DNA of 63,698 bases from the NCBI GenBank assembly GCA_020353155.1, contig CP070689.1:1765503-1829200 (forward strand). The letters run 5' to 3'. The notes beneath the pieces were generated by a model. It saw nothing but the letters and a program-made list of their open reading frames with translations. It made no database searches and was not told the origin of the DNA. Numbering within the stretch: the stretch's first letter is position 1; the number at the start of each line of letters is the position of its first letter. The translations under genes and the position numbers were made by a program. Of this stretch, positions 58,953 to 63,698 are shown one piece after another. The DNA comes from Deltaproteobacteria bacterium. GTDB taxonomy: Bacteria; Desulfobacterota; Syntrophobacteria; BM002.

Positions 58953-60050
58953 TTGGATAATCTCTTCGCCGCTGCACACCAATTTAAACCACAGGGTAAG
59001 GTCGTTGCCATCGAGGAATATGGAAATGGCAATGTCAATGACACCTTTCTGGTAACCCTGGATTCCAAAAAAGAAAAATACTTCATCCTTCAACGGATCA
59101 ACACCCAGGTATTTCGCCAGCCGGAACTTGTCATGCTGAACATGCGTACCTTCACTGAGCATGTTCGCCACCGTCTGCAACGTGCTCCCCTCAGTCCAGA
59201 TCGCCGCTGGGAAATGGTGAGCGTGCTCTTGTCAGAGGACGGACAGGACCACTGGATTGATCCCGGGGGGGCATTCTGGCGCGCCATCAGCTTTATTGAC
59301 GGAGCACAGTCCTTCGACACAATCGAAGATATTGAACACGCCAAAGAGGTGGGCTTTGCCCTCGGCATGTTCCACAATCTCCTAAGCGACCTCCCCAGCG
59401 AAAAACTGACAGACACCCTGGAAGGGTTTCACATCACTCCCGGATACCTTCACCATTACGATCAGGTCCTGGCGCAAAAAGGACCAAGTAAATCCCCGGA
59501 AGTGGATTATGCCTTGCAGTTCATTGTGGAGCGAAGAGATTGGGCGAAAGTCCTCGAAAATGCTAAAAAACAGGGCATTCTGCGCCTTAGACCGATTCAC
59601 GGGGATCCAAAAGTCGATAACGTAATGATTGACAATGCCACTGGTCAGGCCATCAGCATTGTTGACCTGGACACAGTCAAGCCCGGTCTGGTTCACTATG
59701 ATATTGGCGATTGCCTCCGCTCGGGCTGCAATCCTCTAGGTGAAGAAACCGAGCAGTGGGAGGGGGTTCGCTTCGATCCCGAACTCTGCCAGGCCATCAT
59801 GCAAGGCTATCTCTCATTGGCAAGAGACTTCCTCACTGAAAACGACTATAAATATTTGTACGATGCCATTCGGCTAATCTCTTTCGAACTGGGTCTGAGA
59901 TTCTTTACCGATTATTTGGAGGGTAATGTCTACTTCAAGGTCAACCACCAAGAACACAATCTAGCCAGGGCACTCGTCCAATTCAAGCTAACCGAGAGTA
60001 TCGAATCCCAGGCAACAGCCATCTGCTTGATTATCAGGGACATAAGATGA
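58953..60050 (+). CDS. APH-fold sugar kinase (N-acetylhexosamine 1-kinase-like phosphotransferase)
   Basis: YGNGNVNDTFLV (nucleotide loop), IHGDPKVDNVMID (catalytic loop) and VDLDTV. TTG at 58953 lies 7 nt after GGTGGAGG; the ORF opens at 58917. Confidence 0.65.
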   Translation: MDNLFAAAHQFKPQGKVVAIEEYGNGNVNDTFLVTLDSKKEKYFILQRINTQVFRQPELVMLNMRTFTEHVRHRLQRAPLSPDRRWEMVSVLLSEDGQDHWIDPGGAFWRAISFIDGAQSFDTIEDIEHAKEVGFALGMFHNLLSDLPSEKLTDTLEGFHITPGYLHHYDQVLAQKGPSKSPEVDYALQFIVERRDWAKVLENAKKQGILRLRPIHGDPKVDNVMIDNATGQAISIVDLDTVKPGLVHYDIGDCLRSGCNPLGEETEQWEGVRFDPELCQAIMQGYLSLARDFLTENDYKYLYDAIRLISFELGLRFFTDYLEGNVYFKVNHQEHNLARALVQFKLTESIESQATAICLIIRDIR

Positions 60051-60586
60051 AAGGTCCCAGTTTTTCCCTTCAACCATTTTCCCCAACCAGTCCTTTGATC
60101 TCTTTAAAGATCACAGGCAAGATCGCCCGGTGCTCCAATACACTTGCTTTAAGATATAGCCTCCTCGGCCCTCTAGCCGAACTTTTAATTCCAGCGCCAG
60201 CAGACATACCAGCCCGCAAGAACGAGCTATGGAAAGAGACCTGTTTCGAGTGCTTCCTCGCTGTCAGGGGCTCCCCTACATATTGGGAATTCAACCTTTC
60301 TCCGGCCGGGCACTGGAATGTCTATCGCTTTGCAGCTTATCGGCAAGGCATGAGGGAGGAAAAGGTTTTTACATCAATGGACTTTACCGTCCAAAAGCAA
60401 TCGGAGTCATTGCTGCTAGATGTGGAGATCAATTTGGACAAGATCATTCAGGAAAAGCAATCCCTTGAGGTCGGTCTAAGTGCTGTGATCACACTCAGAG
60501 GCGGCGAGTTGACCTACTGGGCATTGACCCATGGCGGAAAGCAAGCAGATTTTCATCGGCGAGACAGTTTCGTGGTCAAACTGTAG
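60047..60586 (+). CDS. hypothetical protein, possibly DOMON/CBM9-like
   Basis: ATGA overlap with the upstream kinase. WKETCFECFLAVRGSPTYWEFNLSPAGHWNVYRF resembles carbohydrate-binding DOMON-like domains. This is a weak call. Confidence 0.4.
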   Translation: MKGPSFSLQPFSPTSPLISLKITGKIARCSNTLALRYSLLGPLAELLIPAPADIPARKNELWKETCFECFLAVRGSPTYWEFNLSPAGHWNVYRFAAYRQGMREEKVFTSMDFTVQKQSESLLLDVEINLDKIIQEKQSLEVGLSAVITLRGGELTYWALTHGGKQADFHRRDSFVVKL

Positions 60587-60631
60587 GGCAGGCCACAGTG
60601 GATGTAAATTTTACAGGATAGCAAGGGGAGA

Positions 60632-63085
60632 TTACTTGATCTTGGCGCGGTAAAGTCGCAAGCTGTTTGAGACAACGGTTATACTGCTCAGTGCCATAGC
60701 CAGGGCTGCCAGGATGGGATGCAGCTGTCTGAGAATGGAAGGTAAGAATTGTAAGGGATAAAGCAGGCCTGCAGCGACTGGGATGAGAACTATATTGTAA
60801 ATAAAGGCCCAGAAGAGGTTTTGTTTCACCGTTCTCATGGTGGCTCGACTCAACTGGATGGCCCGGGACACTCCCAAGAGGTTCCCACTGGCCAAGATGA
60901 CGTCAGCTGTCTCCATTGCCACATCTGTTCCGGTACCAATGGCAATACCCACATCCGCTTGGGCTAGGGCAGGGGCGTCATTGATGCCGTCGCCTACCAT
61001 GCCAACCAGGTGACCCTCCCCTTGGAGTTCCTTCACCTTCATAGATTTCTCTCCAGGGCGGACCTCAGCGACAATATCATCCACCTGTACCTGTTCTCCA
61101 ATGGTTCTGGCCGTCTGAATATTGTCACCAGTGAGCATGACCACTTTTAGACCTTGACCATGAAGCTCAGCCACGGCCTTCTTTGACTCAGGTTTCAAGG
61201 AATCGGCAACCGCAATAAAGCCTGCCAGCTCCTTTTCCACCACAACGGCCATCAAGGTTTTCCCTTGACTCTGAAGGGTTTGAATGTCTTTATTCCCAGC
61301 CACCATATCCACACCCATCTCGATGAACCAGCCCGGCTTGCCCACGTAGACCAACTTCCCATTTATCCTGGCTTGAACCCCGAGTCCACCGGATGCCTTA
61401 AAGTCCTCAGGCTCGAACAGCTCCAAACCTTGCCTTTCCGCCTCCTTGATTATTGCCCGACCCACAGGGTGTTCAGAACCCTTCTCTACTGAAGCGGCAA
61501 TTCGCAGAAGTTCTTCTTTATCCTGAACTGGCGACGAAGTGTTGAAAGCGATGACATCAGCCACTGTCGGCTTGCCAAGGGTAAGAGTTCCAGTCTTGTC
61601 GAGAACAATAGTTTTTAGCTTAGTGGCTTTTTCAAGGGCTTCACTGTCTTTGAACAAGACACCTTTCTCTGCACCTTTGCCGGTCCCAGCCATGATGGCA
61701 GTAGGAGTGGCCAGACCAAGAGCACAGGGACAGGCAATTATGAGAACCGCCACCAACCTGATCATGGCAGGTACGAACTCACCACCAAGACTCCACCAAA
61801 GAACAAAGGTGATCGTGGCAATTCCAATAACACCTGGAACGAAAACAGCTGCCACCCGATCGGCAAGTGCCTGGATGGGGGCTTTGCTCCCCTGAGCTTC
61901 CTGAACTAGCTTAATAATCTGGGCCAGAGCGGTATCCTTTCCTACCTTGGTTGCCCGAAACTTGAGAAAACCTTCTGAATTAATGGTGGCGCCCACAACT
62001 GTGTCTCCGCTGCTCTTGTCCACGGGAATCGGTTCACCCGTTAACATGGACTCGTCAACAGCGGAGTTCCCCTCCAGGACCACACCGTCAACTGGAATCT
62101 TTTCACCGGGACGGACGGCTAACACATCACCGACCTTCACCTCTTTGAGGGAGACCTCCACTTCCTTGCCGTCCCTTATGATAGTCGCGGTTTTTGGGCG
62201 CAAACCGATGAGCTTGCGGATAGCATCTCCCGTCCTCCCCTTGGCTCGTGCCTCCAGCATCTTTCCAAGTTTGATCAAGGTGATGATCACTGCTGAAGTT
62301 TCGAAATAAACGTGGCTACCGAGGGCAGGGTAGAGGAGAACTGTAAGGGAATAGAAGTAAGCAACTGAAGAGCCCATAGCCACCAACACGTCCATGTTGG
62401 CGCTGCGGTTCTTCAGGCTCTTCCAACCACCAGTATAATAGTCCCAACCGGTGTAGAATTGGACGGGTGTTGCCAGGGCCCAGAAAACCCAGTTGACCCA
62501 GAGAGCATGACTCCACCCACCCAAGAGGCCGAAGTCCCGTGCCATGCTCCAGAGGAATAGAGGCAGGGTGAAGAGAAGACCGACGATGAACTTTCTTGTT
62601 TGCTCGGCAATTTCGGCCCGTCGCGCCCTCAGTTCAACGTCCTCATCTTCTCCGGCCTCATCTGGAAGAATGGCGTCAAATCCTGCCATTCTTATGGCCG
62701 CAATTATCTCCTCAACACTTGTCAGATTAGGTAGGTATTCAACAGTTGCTCTCTCGCTAGCAAAATTAACAGAAGCCTGAACCACCCCCGGAACCTTTTT
62801 GTTTAAGGTCCTCTCTATATTCATGGCGCAATTGGCGCAGGTCATTCCAGTTATTGGAAGTTCAATCTTAGCAGTGGCAATCCCGTAACCGGCGTCTTTA
62901 ATCTTTTTTATTAGATCATCTACCTCGATTTGTTCAGGATCAAATGAAACTGATGCCTGCTCTGAGGCGAAATTGACACTTGTATCCTCCACACCCTGAA
63001 GCTTTTTAAGATTCCTTTCAATGTTCAGGGCACAATTGGCACAGGTCATTCCGGTTATGGGTAATGTTACATTCTCACTAGCCAT
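60632..63085 (-). CDS. copA: copper-translocating P1B-type ATPase
   Basis: Two N-terminal HMA domains (GMTCANCA, twice), then TGEP, CPC, DKTGTLT and GDGINDAP. The start may be 63085 (MASENV), or 63109 or 63136; no clear RBS. Confidence 0.95.
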   Translation of the reverse strand: MASENVTLPITGMTCANCALNIERNLKKLQGVEDTSVNFASEQASVSFDPEQIEVDDLIKKIKDAGYGIATAKIELPITGMTCANCAMNIERTLNKKVPGVVQASVNFASERATVEYLPNLTSVEEIIAAIRMAGFDAILPDEAGEDEDVELRARRAEIAEQTRKFIVGLLFTLPLFLWSMARDFGLLGGWSHALWVNWVFWALATPVQFYTGWDYYTGGWKSLKNRSANMDVLVAMGSSVAYFYSLTVLLYPALGSHVYFETSAVIITLIKLGKMLEARAKGRTGDAIRKLIGLRPKTATIIRDGKEVEVSLKEVKVGDVLAVRPGEKIPVDGVVLEGNSAVDESMLTGEPIPVDKSSGDTVVGATINSEGFLKFRATKVGKDTALAQIIKLVQEAQGSKAPIQALADRVAAVFVPGVIGIATITFVLWWSLGGEFVPAMIRLVAVLIIACPCALGLATPTAIMAGTGKGAEKGVLFKDSEALEKATKLKTIVLDKTGTLTLGKPTVADVIAFNTSSPVQDKEELLRIAASVEKGSEHPVGRAIIKEAERQGLELFEPEDFKASGGLGVQARINGKLVYVGKPGWFIEMGVDMVAGNKDIQTLQSQGKTLMAVVVEKELAGFIAVADSLKPESKKAVAELHGQGLKVVMLTGDNIQTARTIGEQVQVDDIVAEVRPGEKSMKVKELQGEGHLVGMVGDGINDAPALAQADVGIAIGTGTDVAMETADVILASGNLLGVSRAIQLSRATMRTVKQNLFWAFIYNIVLIPVAAGLLYPLQFLPSILRQLHPILAALAMALSSITVVSNSLRLYRAKIK

Positions 63086-63089
63086 TGTA

Positions 63090-63291
63090 GCTCGCTTCGC
63101 TCGCCGCATAACGCTTTGCGCTATGCGACTAGGCACTAGGGACTAGGAAGTGGGCACTACTATTGAGTCCTAGAGCAAAAGTTATTTCGACAATCCACCG
63201 ACAACCCTCCGCTGCGAGTAGCCACATACTAGAACTATAGAAAATTTTCGGACCAAATTTGGAGCCTAGTGCTTAGTGCATAGTGCCTAGT
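63090..63291. repeat. GCATAGC and TAGGCAC word arrays with an inverted partner, between copA and copZ
   Basis: GCGCTATGCGACTAGGCACTAGGGACTAGGAAGTGGGCACTAC ... GCCTAGTGCTTAGTGCATAGTGCCTAGT. Confidence 0.6.
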
Positions 63292-63324
63292 CAATCCCGT
63301 TATTTACTCCCTGGTGCTGGCCAT

Positions 63325-63531
63325 TTACTCTGAGGCAGGGTAGTTGATCTCCGTGAGCACCTCTTTAATTCTCTTGAGCGTAGCCGGCGCATCCCACTCT
63401 AAAGTTATGCTTTTGCCAGCGGGATCTCCTTCGACTTTACTAACACCTGCAACCTCTCCAAGCTCTTTCTTGATGGTCATCACACAGTGACCGCAGGAGA
63501 TGTTCGGTATGGATAATGTCTTTGTTTCCAT
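63325..63531 (-). CDS. copZ: heavy-metal-associated (CopZ-like) copper chaperone
   Basis: 68 aa with a SCGHC metal-binding loop and a ferredoxin-like HMA layout. Confidence 0.8.
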   Translation of the reverse strand: METKTLSIPNISCGHCVMTIKKELGEVAGVSKVEGDPAGKSITLEWDAPATLKRIKEVLTEINYPASE

Positions 63532-63540
63532 GTTAAATCC

Positions 63541-63698
63541 TTTTAAAACGCATAGCGCTAAGCGCAGAGCGCATAGCGCCAGTTGGTCAAATCGTTAAAT
63601 CCGTTGAAATCGTTCAAGTCGAAATCCGCAATTATGTCCTCTGCAAGCTGCCTTCTGTCCCCCAGCTTCTGACCTCTGACTTCTCAATCTGGAGCGAC
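63541..63698. repeat. consecutive word arrays (GCATAGC; AAATCGTT; AATCCGC; reverse TCAGAAG) running to the window edge
   Basis: ACGCATAGCGCTAAGCGCAGAGCGCATAGCGCC ... CAAATCGTTAAATCCGTTGAAATCGTTCAAGTCGAAATCCGC ... CTTCTGACCTCTGACTTCTC. Confidence 0.6.

Overview
This is a gene-dense 63.7-kb chromosomal segment of mid GC content, coding on both strands. I recognised no rRNA, tRNA, CRISPR array, transposase or integrase. The gene content suggests an anaerobic Desulfobacterota-like bacterium (inference only).

Main recognisable content:
- Tungsten-type aldehyde:ferredoxin oxidoreductase with a MoaD-like gene.
- Methylmalonyl-CoA cluster: carboxyltransferase, epimerase, MeaB, and a split B12 mutase.
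- Housekeeping genes: ychF, efp, mreB, lpxA, acpP, ftsB-like, IHF-like.
- copA/copZ, three aldo/keto reductases, two OmpA-family proteins, an HtrA protease.
- A PAS-LuxR regulator and a ROK plus NahK-like sugar-kinase pair.

Signals beyond routine annotation:
1. Two same-frame ORFs (31234..31572 and 31669..31887) join through a single TGA followed by Cys and a hairpin. They read as one DUF166-like selenoprotein gene, start-overlapped with a PilZ gene.
2. There are six PilZ-domain genes plus one MshEN-type domain, so seven putative c-di-GMP receptors. Two are fused to FHA domains. No GGDEF or EAL gene is in the window.
3. At least eleven -24/-12 (sigma-54 type) promoter matches lie correctly oriented upstream of genes. 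These include four PilZ genes and one divergent promoter pair.
4. More than 20 intergenic gaps hold arrays of degenerate 7-8 nt words (GGCATAG, TCAGAAT, TAGGCAC, GCATAGC, TTCAGGT, TGGAGTN, AGATTTN). They usually form imperfect inverted arms around A-rich loops. One family has a conserved loop and brackets a PilZ cassette. One element has a 92-nt loop that is almost pure A/T. Two sit inside the mutase operon.
5. Domain oddities:
   - a T4 gp32-like zinc-finger SSB with no phage context;
   - a rhomboid protease fused to a DnaJ-C-terminal-like domain;
   - a free-standing archaeal-type ThrRS editing domain;
   - a PlsC-acyltransferase/alpha-beta-hydrolase fusion.

All family assignments come from motif recognition by eye. 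No searches were run.
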